Positions 50,301-57,727 of a stretch of 64,000 nt of DNA are shown here, in pieces. A model generated the notes under the pieces. The model had not been told where the DNA came from. It made no database searches and saw nothing but the letters and a program-made list of their open reading frames with translations. A program made the translations under genes and the position numbers. Source of the DNA: Candidatus Thorarchaeota archaeon (lineage in GTDB: Archaea; Asgardarchaeota; Thorarchaeia; Thorarchaeales; Thorarchaeaceae); NCBI GenBank assembly GCA_019057475.1, contig DXJO01000006.1, forward strand, positions 1 through 64,000, in the 5' to 3' direction. Within the stretch, counting starts at the first letter, position 1. The number at the start of each line of letters is the position of its first letter.

Positions 50301-50686
50301 CAGTAGACAGCTTTCGTGACGGTGTATTTCTAGCGGGAGCTTGTCTTGGTCCAATGGACATCCCCAAGGCTGTGGCCTATGGAAAGGCTGCTGCTGCAGG
50401 TGCTCAGTCCTTGATGGCGCCAGGCAAGTTTCAGGTTGAACCCATTTATGCAGAGATTGACACGACGCTATGCAACGACTGTGATCTCTGTAACGATCTA
50501 TGTCCGTACAGTGCCATAACTGGCGAGGGTGACGAACGGAAAGTCATGTACGAAATCTGTCAGGGATGCGGGACATGTGCTGCTGCCTGTCCACAGATGG
50601 CGATTGACATGCGGCACTATAGATCAGAACAGCTAATGCCGCAGATTGCAGCTGCGGCGCGCATTCATGGAGGGATGAAGAAATGA
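47315..50686 (+). CDS. hdrA: Full-length HdrA with inserted GltD/NfnB-like NAD(P)H-FAD module (HdrL-like)
   Basis: GVFVCHCG, GAGVAG, NDCAIC; insertion with GRVCTSPCE, GAGPAG, GGGNAAVD, YRRS; QCVGSRD; C-terminal 2x[4Fe-4S]. Confidence 0.93.
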   Translation: MSTEEPRIGVFVCHCGLNIAGVVECKKVADFAATLPDVAYSVDLLFACSDDGQEHIKEAIHEHNLNRVIVASCTPRTHEPVFRQCLEEAGLNPYLYDQVNLREHVSWVHMDEKEKATQKALELVAMSVERAKRLEPLERQIVDVIPKCAVIGAGVAGISAALDLADAGFETYLIEKRPTIGGQMALLDKVFPQNDCAICILGPIMSRVGRHPRITLLPYSELETVNGHVGNFRLTVRKKTRYIHPDICNGCTDCEQVCPVSTPNSYEFWLTDRKAVYRPFPQAVPSSYTIDKKGIPACRFSCPAHVNCQGFSTLIKEKRFSEALDIVRNAIPFAGVLGRVCTSPCEAKCERGAFDESLSIRNLHRFLADYEREHGATKVEKIKKDKKEKIAVVGAGPAGIACAYDLAKLGYPVTVFEAREESGGLLRWGIPEYRLPRDVLREEISRVEGLGVKILTGKPVKSIASLRNRGFKAVFLATGAPVSTKLGVEGEDAKGVFHALDFLNQVNSGESVDLGKKVAIIGGGNAAVDSARVAKRLGARTVTLIYRRSRVEMPAIPSEIEEAEKEGVNLMLLATPIGFIMSDGVLESIRCIKMRLGEPDASGRRRPIPIPESEFEVRVDNVIIAVGQMVSPTSILKGLEVTQWDTLSVDPITLQTSLKGVFAGGDVVSGPTTVVEAVAAGIEAAKSIDRYVRGVDLSEGRPEILRLVPSAEVDKTRAEIAERAVMPTINAKLRKSNFAEVETGLALKTAVAEAERCFNCALCSECNLCIEVCKPNAIDHSLVDEFVELDVGTIILATGFKPYDPSETREFGYGAFKNVITNAQLERLTNAAGPTHGKVKRPSDGMPPKSVAFVQCVGSRDRRVNQDYCCYTGCENSLKQATQIKEKYPNTEISIFAMDIRTHGLGYEGLYRRAREMGVIIIKGRPSEIEEIPGTRSLKVLAEDLYTGERLGTTYELVVLASALLPNDDTKDLARKLNISTGEYGYLMEAHPKLRPVDSFRDGVFLAGACLGPMDIPKAVAYGKAAAAGAQSLMAPGKFQVEPIYAEIDTTLCNDCDLCNDLCPYSAITGEGDERKVMYEICQGCGTCAAACPQMAIDMRHYRSEQLMPQIAAAARIHGGMKK

Positions 50687-51111
50687 GTGGCAAGAGGTTC
50701 GAACCTAGTATCGTGGCGTTCACGTGCAACTGGTGCTCTTATGGCGGTGCAGACCTTGCGGGAATTTCACGTATCCAATACCCCCCCAATTCGAAGGTGA
50801 TTAGGCTCATGTGTTCAGGCAGAGTTGACCCGCTGATGACGCTTGAGGCGTTCAAGAATGGAGCTGACGGTGTAATCATTAGTGGCTGCCACATTGGTGA
50901 CTGTCACTACTCCACAGGCAACTACCGAACAGAGGTTCGATTCATGGCACTCCGATCAGCGATGGATGTTATTGGATTAAATCCAGAACGGTTGCGTCTT
51001 CTTTGGGCGAGTGCCTCAGAAGGACAGCAGTGGGCGGATACAATGCGAGAGATGGCTGAGCAAGTTAGAGAGCTTGGACCTAGTCCACTCAAAGGAGGTA
51101 GCAAGAAGTGA
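50683..51111 (+). CDS. mvhD: MvhD [2Fe-2S] subunit (Cys form)
   Basis: CNWCSYGGAD, MCSGRVD, GCHIGDCHY, WASASEG. Confidence 0.95.
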   Translation: MSGKRFEPSIVAFTCNWCSYGGADLAGISRIQYPPNSKVIRLMCSGRVDPLMTLEAFKNGADGVIISGCHIGDCHYSTGNYRTEVRFMALRSAMDVIGLNPERLRLLWASASEGQQWADTMREMAEQVRELGPSPLKGGSKK

Positions 51112-52448
51112 CTGTTGCAGGGGAAAAGATAGTTGTCGAGGATAGGAAATCTACTGATACTGCCTTAGTAATCGGTGGCGGTGTTTCTGGCATGCAAGCT
51201 GCTCTCGACATTGCCGACCAAGGCTACTCTGTGGTGCTAGTCGAAAGAACACCATCCATTGGTGGGGTCATGGCCATGCTGGATAAGACATTCCCCACAC
51301 TTGATTGTTCGGCATGCATCCTTACGCCCAAGCTGTCTGAGGTTGCTCGGCACCCGAACATCGAGCTCATGACCTACTCTGAAGTCAAGAGCATCACCGG
51401 AACTGCAGGCAACTTTAGAGTCAGCGTTCTTCGGAAAGCACGTAAGGTCCTCGAAGACAAGTGTTCCGGATGTGGGGATTGTGTTCCACACTGCCCAATA
51501 GAAGTGCGAAATGAGTTTGACCAAGGCCTGGGCTACCGCAAGGCGGTGTACATTGGGTTCCCACAGAACACACCCCTCGTCTATACTATTGATTCTGAGA
51601 ACTGTATCAAATGTGGTATGTGTGTCAAGTCATGTGAACGAGAGGCCATCGACCTTGACTTGGAGGATGAGGAGATTGAGATATCCGTTGGTGCCATCGT
51701 GGTGGCAACCGGATATGAGCTCTACAACGTAGCCAATTACAGGCGCTTTGGCTATGGTCGTTTCAAGAATGTGATAAACGCACTCGAGTTCGAGCGCCTC
51801 ATCAATGCCGCTGGACCAACGGCTGGGAATCTCATGAGGCTTAGCGATGGGAAGATTCCAAAGAGCATTGGGTTCATCCAATGTGTTGGGGCACGCGACG
51901 CGACGAAGGACGTACCATATTGCTCGCGAGTATGTTGCATGTACGGTATCAAGAATGCGGTCATGGCCAAAGAGCTCCAACACGAGAACGTGAAGAAGGT
52001 GACCATATACTCGATCGACATTCGAGCGTTCGGCAAGGGTTTTGAGGAATTCTACAACATGGCCAAGGATCGATTTGGCATTAAGTTCATCCGAGGAAGA
52101 GTAGGAGAGGTGTCGGAGAACTCACGGAACAAGAACATCATTGTGCGTGCCGAAGACACGACAACAGGGAAGTTCTTGGAGCAGGAACACGAACTAGTAG
52201 TGCTCTGCCCCGGAATCCTGCCTCCCAAAGGTCTGCGGGATACTGCGAATCAGCTGGGGCTCCAGCTTGACTCAGATGGCTTCATTCACGTGGAACAACC
52301 AGCGAGCAACCCTGTGGACACGGCGGTTTCTGGAGTCTACATATGCGGATGTGTTGAGGGTCCGAAAGACATTCCAGACTCCGTAGCAGCAGGAAGCGCG
52401 GCCGCGATGCGCGCAAGCATCACGTTATGGAGGGAAGGTGAGCACTAA
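51108..52448 (+). CDS. hdrA: HdrA-like subunit lacking N-terminal cluster domain and C-terminal ferredoxin
   Basis: Begins at GGGVSG; TLDCSACIL; inserted ferredoxin; YCSRVCC; ends after GPKDIPDSV. Confidence 0.9.
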   Translation: MTVAGEKIVVEDRKSTDTALVIGGGVSGMQAALDIADQGYSVVLVERTPSIGGVMAMLDKTFPTLDCSACILTPKLSEVARHPNIELMTYSEVKSITGTAGNFRVSVLRKARKVLEDKCSGCGDCVPHCPIEVRNEFDQGLGYRKAVYIGFPQNTPLVYTIDSENCIKCGMCVKSCEREAIDLDLEDEEIEISVGAIVVATGYELYNVANYRRFGYGRFKNVINALEFERLINAAGPTAGNLMRLSDGKIPKSIGFIQCVGARDATKDVPYCSRVCCMYGIKNAVMAKELQHENVKKVTIYSIDIRAFGKGFEEFYNMAKDRFGIKFIRGRVGEVSENSRNKNIIVRAEDTTTGKFLEQEHELVVLCPGILPPKGLRDTANQLGLQLDSDGFIHVEQPASNPVDTAVSGVYICGCVEGPKDIPDSVAAGSAAAMRASITLWREGEH

Positions 52449-54196
52449 TGGCTACAGAGGAAGTTCCAAGGATTGGCGTATTCGTATGTCATTGTGGACA
52501 TAACATTGCTGGGACTGTAGATGTTGAGCGCGTGGCGGAGATTGCCGCCCACTACCCGAATGTTGAGTTCGCTACACATTTCATGTTCATGTGCAGTGAC
52601 TCCGGACAACAGCTGATTCGCGACAAGATCGAGGAGTTTAGTCTAAATAGGGTCGTAGTTGCCAGTTGCTCTCCCCGGATGCACGAGCCAACGTTTCGAA
52701 GGGTGGTCGAAGAGGCTGATGTCAACAGATACTGCTTCGAACAGGTGAACCTGAGAGAGCACGTGTCTTGGTGCCATATGAGGGAGCCTGAGGCAGCTAC
52801 CGAGAAAGCGATAGATCTTATTCGGATGTCTGTTGCTAGGGCCGCCCTTCTCGTGCCACTCGAGGTTAAGACTGTGAGTGTAGAACCACATACTCTGGTC
52901 GTTGGCGGCGGGGTTGCTGGATTGAGGGCGGCAATCGACATTGACAGCCGCGGCTTCAAGGTCACTCTCGTGGAACGAGAGCCTGAACTCGGTGGGAATC
53001 TAGCAAAGCTCTCTACTCTCTATCAGGGCAATGAGAAAGCCAGTGATGTCATCGAACGTATGGTACTGGCGGCCCGAATTAGCGAGAACCTGACCATAAT
53101 GACTGATTCGGAAGTGGTTGACGTCGAAGGCTATATTGGCAATTTTGATGTGACTGTCAAGAACAATGCCACCGACAAGACAGAGAAGCTCCGGGTTGGA
53201 GCTATAATAGTTGCTACAGGCTTTCAGTCATGGGTGCCTGAAGGAATCCCTCCGTACGGAATGAGTCTGGATGTCATCACGTTGGCCCAGCTAGAGGAGA
53301 TGAAGCGGGATGACAAGTTATTATGTCCAAGTACCGGCAAGCCTCCCAAGAAGGTCATGTTTATCGGATGTGTTGGTTCTCGTCAACCGGGAGTGCAAGG
53401 GCATGAACACTGTTCCAGGTACTGTTGTACTGCCATGGTGAAGGCAGCTGCTGACATAACTGAGATTACTGACGAAGTTCTGATACTCTATGATGATATC
53501 CGTACATTCGGGAAGGGCCACGAGGAGGTCCACCGTTCTGCCCACGAGAAGTTTGTAATGTTCTCCAAGTTTGATCGCACCAAGCCTGCCAAGACAACAG
53601 TAGCTGACGGTGCTTTGAGTGTGAAATGGAGAGATATCTTGGCTGGCGATAATCTTGAGTTCCATCCGGACCTCTTGGTATTGGTTACAGCTATGATTCC
53701 CCCGGAAGGTGTAGAGAAAGTGTCCCAGCTGTTCAGCCTCACACGCTCGGCAGATGGCTTCTTCAATGAGGAACACATCAAGCTGGCTCCTTTAACTACT
53801 CACACCGCAGGTGTGATGATTGCAGGAGCTGCCCAATCTGCAAAGGATTCTACTGACAGCACTACGCAAGCGAGCGGAGCTGCCGCGAAAGCGGCTTCAT
53901 TGATGGCCCGGGGAGAAGTGGAGATTGAATCCACCGTTGCTCATGTGCTAGAAGAGCTGTGTTCCAGCTGTCACACATGCGCCACTGCTTGTCCATACGG
54001 TGCTATCTCCTTTGACACCTCAAAGAAACCGGAGATAGCCGTGGTGACAGAGGCAGAATGTCACGGATGTGGGACCTGCGCAGCAGGGTGTCCAAGCAGT
54101 GCCATTATTATGCGGCATTCGACTGATGAACAAATCACTGCAATGGTTGAAGCGTTTCTCATGCCTCCACCAGTGATGGGGGGTGGTGATTCATGA
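52448..54196 (+). CDS. hdrA: HdrA-like subunit with N-terminal domain and C-terminal ferredoxin but no internal ferredoxin
   Basis: GVFVCHCG, GGGVAG, no DCxxC, GCVGSR..HCSRYCC, CSSCHTC, CHGCGTC. Confidence 0.9.
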   Translation: MATEEVPRIGVFVCHCGHNIAGTVDVERVAEIAAHYPNVEFATHFMFMCSDSGQQLIRDKIEEFSLNRVVVASCSPRMHEPTFRRVVEEADVNRYCFEQVNLREHVSWCHMREPEAATEKAIDLIRMSVARAALLVPLEVKTVSVEPHTLVVGGGVAGLRAAIDIDSRGFKVTLVEREPELGGNLAKLSTLYQGNEKASDVIERMVLAARISENLTIMTDSEVVDVEGYIGNFDVTVKNNATDKTEKLRVGAIIVATGFQSWVPEGIPPYGMSLDVITLAQLEEMKRDDKLLCPSTGKPPKKVMFIGCVGSRQPGVQGHEHCSRYCCTAMVKAAADITEITDEVLILYDDIRTFGKGHEEVHRSAHEKFVMFSKFDRTKPAKTTVADGALSVKWRDILAGDNLEFHPDLLVLVTAMIPPEGVEKVSQLFSLTRSADGFFNEEHIKLAPLTTHTAGVMIAGAAQSAKDSTDSTTQASGAAAKAASLMARGEVEIESTVAHVLEELCSSCHTCATACPYGAISFDTSKKPEIAVVTEAECHGCGTCAAGCPSSAIIMRHSTDEQITAMVEAFLMPPPVMGGGDS

Positions 54197-54627
54197 CTGC
54201 CACTGTCACAATTTCTAAAGAGTGGATACCTAGGATTGCAGCCTTTTGCTGCAACTGGTGTTCCTACGCAGGTGCTGACCTAGCTGGCACAAGCAGAATC
54301 CAGTACCCCTCTGCTGTGCGAATAATCAGGGTAAATTGCACTGGTAGGGTCGACCCCGAATTCGTACTAAACGCCCTTGACAAGGGTGCGGATGGAGTAC
54401 TCGTGTCAGGCTGTCATCCAGGGGACTGCCATTACACAAGCGGCAATCTCAAGATGCGGGCACGATGGACGCTACTTCAGATGGCCGTTGAGCAAGCCGG
54501 AATCAACCCCGATAGGATTCGTCTACAGTGGGCCAGCGCTTCAGAGGGACAGAAGTTCGCTGATGGGGTTAGAGAACTCACGGAGAAGGTCAAGAATTTG
54601 GGTCCGTTTAGGAGGGGTTGGCAATGA
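54193..54627 (+). CDS. mvhD: MvhD [2Fe-2S] subunit (Cys form)
   Basis: CCNWCSYAGAD, NCTGRVD, GCHPGDCHY. Confidence 0.95.
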   Translation: MTATVTISKEWIPRIAAFCCNWCSYAGADLAGTSRIQYPSAVRIIRVNCTGRVDPEFVLNALDKGADGVLVSGCHPGDCHYTSGNLKMRARWTLLQMAVEQAGINPDRIRLQWASASEGQKFADGVRELTEKVKNLGPFRRGWQ

Positions 54628-54971
54628 AAGAGAAATCTACACAGGATAGGATTGAAGCAGCCATTGACGCCTTCGGAAGCGAGCGATTAAGATGGCTTAT
54701 AGGCAAAGGAGACGTTCTAACCCAACGAAACGAGCTGACCGAAGAGAAACTCAAGGAGCTCGTCGACAAAACAGTCCGCGAAGAGATTGACCGGAGTACC
54801 ATTGCCAGGCGGCTTAGAGAGTCGCCTTCAACGATATCAGAGATATCGAAGGCAACGAAGCTGGAAACGGACTACATATTGGAAAATCTCCTCGCCATGA
54901 TGAAGTGGAACCGCGTTGAGATAGTCGATGAGAAGCAGAGAGAATATGTCTATGCTCTGAAGGAGATCTGA
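54624..54971 (+). CDS. Small helical/winged-helix protein within the hydrogenase operon
   Basis: ATGA overlap with mvhD; ERLRWLIGK; C-terminal PSTISEISKATKLETDYILENLLAMMKWNRV wHTH-like. Confidence 0.7.
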   Translation: MKEKSTQDRIEAAIDAFGSERLRWLIGKGDVLTQRNELTEEKLKELVDKTVREEIDRSTIARRLRESPSTISEISKATKLETDYILENLLAMMKWNRVEIVDEKQREYVYALKEI

Positions 54972-54973
54972 AC

Positions 54974-55897
54974 GTGACTGAACCAGTTCCTATCGCAATG
55001 GCCCAAGGTAGCTCCTGTTGGGGTTGTTACCAGAGCCTCATTGACATTCACCTTAATCTGGCAACTGTCCTCCCCCTGTTGGACATCAAGTACTGGACGT
55101 GTGTGGCCGACTTCAAGCTCAAGGATTTGGAGGGCTATCCTGACAAATCGATCACGGTCGGCCTGTACGAGGGAATGGCCCGAACAGAGGAGGACATTCA
55201 TCTGCTAAAGCTCATAAGAGCGAAGTGCAAGATACTGATTGCATTTGGCTCATGTTCATGCTTTGGCGGCATTCCTGGAATGGCTAACTTCTCAACGATA
55301 GAGGAGTGCAACGAGGTCAAGTTCCGAAACAACAAGACCGTTAAGGATGGTGAGCTGCCAACAGAGAACCTCCCAGCGATTGCTCCCGTTGTGATACCCA
55401 ACCGAGACATAGTTGACTTTGAAATCTTTTTGCCGGGGTGCCCGCCAACCTCTAGCTTGATTCTCACTGCATTGACTGCTCTGCTTGAAGGCAAACCGAT
55501 TGAGCTACCACCACACACGGTGTGTCACTATTGCGATCGCGAGAAGAAAGAAACCCCGATAGAGAAGATACTGAGACCCTACGAAGGCATAGCAGACCCC
55601 GACCGGTGCCTTCTCGAACAGGGGTATATCTGCCTTGGCTCTGCAACTTGGGGTCTCTGTGAAGGACAGTGTGTCAGCCATGGCGTGACTTGCCGGGGCT
55701 GTTTTGGACCGCCTCCGCCAATCATGGGCGACCAAGGGGCGGCGGCAATATCCATGCTTGGCTCATATGCACCTCTTGAATCGGAAGTCCTTGCTGACAC
55801 GGTCCATGACCCACTTGGTTGCTTCTGGAGGTTCACCTACCCAACAAGCCACCTGGGTGCCATTCGAATAAAGCGAGAGGAGGCAAAGACGAAATGA
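54974..55897 (+). CDS. vhuG: F420-non-reducing [NiFe(Se)] hydrogenase small subunit
   Basis: SCWGC, FGSCSCFGGIPG, LPGCPP, VCHYC, CLLEQGYICLG, CRGCFGP. Confidence 0.94.
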   Translation: MTEPVPIAMAQGSSCWGCYQSLIDIHLNLATVLPLLDIKYWTCVADFKLKDLEGYPDKSITVGLYEGMARTEEDIHLLKLIRAKCKILIAFGSCSCFGGIPGMANFSTIEECNEVKFRNNKTVKDGELPTENLPAIAPVVIPNRDIVDFEIFLPGCPPTSSLILTALTALLEGKPIELPPHTVCHYCDREKKETPIEKILRPYEGIADPDRCLLEQGYICLGSATWGLCEGQCVSHGVTCRGCFGPPPPIMGDQGAAAISMLGSYAPLESEVLADTVHDPLGCFWRFTYPTSHLGAIRIKREEAKTK

Positions 55898-57210
55898 CCA
55901 ACGAGAAGATAATCCGCATTGACCCAGTGACACGCCTTGAAGGTCATGGATCGTTGACTATCAAGCTGGGTCCTGGCAACAAGGTCAAGGATGTCCAGTT
56001 CAACGTTAACAGTACACGATTCTTTGAGAAGTTTCTCGAAGGGCGACCAATGGAAGAGGCTCCACGAATCGCTCCGCGGATCTGCGGAATCTGCCCTATC
56101 CCGCATCATCTTGCATCACTGAAAGCCGTGGAGGCCGCCTGGGATGTGACACCTCCACCTGCAGCAATCAAGCTTAGGCGGCTATTGATTGAGGCGAAGC
56201 AGCTCTCATCTCACGCAATTCACTTCTACGCTCTTGCGGCTCCTGATTTTGTCTTTGGACCCTTCGCGAGCCCGGCTGTACGGAACGTTGCTGCTGTTCT
56301 CAAGTATCTCCCTGATGTTGCAGTCCAAGCGATCAAGCTCATGGAGTTCGGTCAGGAACTGTGCGCGACTATTGGGGCCAAGGCAATCCACCCAACAACG
56401 GGCATTCCTGGTGGGATGCTGTACGCTATGAAAGAAGAAGAGCGCGATGATTGGCTCAAGAAGGTCCCTGAGATGCTGGAGAACATCCATAAGACAGTGG
56501 ACCTTGCCAAGACCGTTGTCAACTCATACATCGAGGTGATAACGAAGCTCGCAGTCACTCCAACGTACTACGTTGGTCTGACCAATGATGGAGCTTTTGA
56601 CATCTATGATGGCAAGATTCGCGTGATGGATCCAGATGGCAAGATTGTGAAAGAATTCATGCCTCACGAGTACACAAAGTACTACGGCGAGCACGTTCCT
56701 AAGCACTCCTATGCGACTCACATCTACTACAAACCAGCCGGCTACCCCGAGGGTATTTGGCGAGCGAATACTCTTGCACGATGCAACGTTAACGATAGGA
56801 TGGCCACACCTCTTGCAGACGCGGCCCTGAAGGAGATGAGAGAACTCGTTGGGAGACCCTCGCATCACACGTTTGTATACCACTACGCTCGAATCGTAGA
56901 GATGGTTCAAGCTGCTGAGATGATCAAGACGCTCCTTGAGGATCCCGAGATTGTAAGCACGGACGTGAAGCTTTCTGACGTTGAACCCAAGGCTGGCGAC
57001 GGCGTTGGTGTTGTCGAGGCTCCGCGAGGCATTCTGCTCCACAACTACGAGTCTGATGACAAGGGCATGCTGGTCAAGGCGAATCTCATTGTCGCCACGA
57101 ACAACAATATTGCCGGCATCGAGAAATCATTGATGGTGGCCGCGAAACAAATCTTCGAAGACAAAGTGCTCGAGAAGATTACACTTCCTGAACCCATGGT
57201 GAAAACTTAG
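55894..57210 (+). CDS. vhuA: F420-non-reducing hydrogenase large subunit (group 3c), lacking C-terminal L2 motif
   Basis: TRLEGH, L1 RICGICPIPH, VEAPRGILLH, ANLIVAT; ends at TAG without DPCxxC. Confidence 0.94.
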   Translation: MTNEKIIRIDPVTRLEGHGSLTIKLGPGNKVKDVQFNVNSTRFFEKFLEGRPMEEAPRIAPRICGICPIPHHLASLKAVEAAWDVTPPPAAIKLRRLLIEAKQLSSHAIHFYALAAPDFVFGPFASPAVRNVAAVLKYLPDVAVQAIKLMEFGQELCATIGAKAIHPTTGIPGGMLYAMKEEERDDWLKKVPEMLENIHKTVDLAKTVVNSYIEVITKLAVTPTYYVGLTNDGAFDIYDGKIRVMDPDGKIVKEFMPHEYTKYYGEHVPKHSYATHIYYKPAGYPEGIWRANTLARCNVNDRMATPLADAALKEMRELVGRPSHHTFVYHYARIVEMVQAAEMIKTLLEDPEIVSTDVKLSDVEPKAGDGVGVVEAPRGILLHNYESDDKGMLVKANLIVATNNNIAGIEKSLMVAAKQIFEDKVLEKITLPEPMVKT

Positions 57211-57228
57211 ACAAAAGAATTGATGATC

Positions 57229-57381
57229 ATGACAGAAGAAATACCTGAAGGCGTACTGAACATCATCGAGATGGTTGTTCGGTGCTACGACTGCTGACTA
57301 TCCTGCGGCGCTCATCTCGTCATTATCGACGAAGAGGGCCGCGAACTAGTCAGGAAGGAGCTTCAGACCGGCGGCGGATGA
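57229..57381 (+). CDS. vhuU: Selenocysteine-containing hydrogenase subunit U (not in ORF track)
   Basis: MTEEIPEGVLNIIEMVVRCYDC-U(TGA 57295-57297)-LSCGAHLVIIDEEGRELVRKELQTGGG; TGA falls exactly at the first Cys position of the L2 motif that vhuA lacks. Confidence 0.92.
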
Positions 57382-57420
57382 AGACCCAGAAAAAAGATTG
57401 AAAACTGAGTCTGACCTGCT
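57373..57420 (+). promoter_or_regulatory. Candidate eukaryote-like SECIS element
   Basis: GGCGG-A-UGA-AGACCCAG-[AAAAAAGAUUGAAAA]-CUGAGUCU-GA-C-CUGCU: AUGA/GA tandem G.A core, 8-bp upper stem with one mismatch, A-rich loop, 5-bp lower helix with G.U pairs. Confidence 0.72.
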
Positions 57421-57727
57421 CCAGCAGGGGCGGAGTCGGTCTGGCTCCTTCAAACACCAGTCTTGTATGCTCGAACTCCTACACTCCAAAGAAGACAATG
57501 AATGATTTCGGACATTGAATTGTTATTTCGAATCCAGATTCAAAATTCAGAAACATCTTCCTGATTGTCTGTAATCATGCATGAAATCATTGATTGCGTT
57601 TCGTTTCAAATGATGAATCTCGTTTCCGTGACCGAAACCTAACTCAATAGTATTATAATCTCGTTGAGAGGACTCCTCGCTGGCCTCTGGCATGATTGCT
57701 CGCAGAACGGAACGGTGAATTGAGCCA

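Noticed and set aside
57295-57297. Reading the in-frame TGA as a nonsense mutation (pseudogene)
   Set aside because: It sits exactly at the known Sec position, the motif continues after it, and a SECIS-like structure follows
57379-57414. Readthrough of the terminal TGA as a second Sec
   Set aside because: Would add only RPRKKIEN before further TGAs, with no motif context, and the codon lies inside the SECIS core
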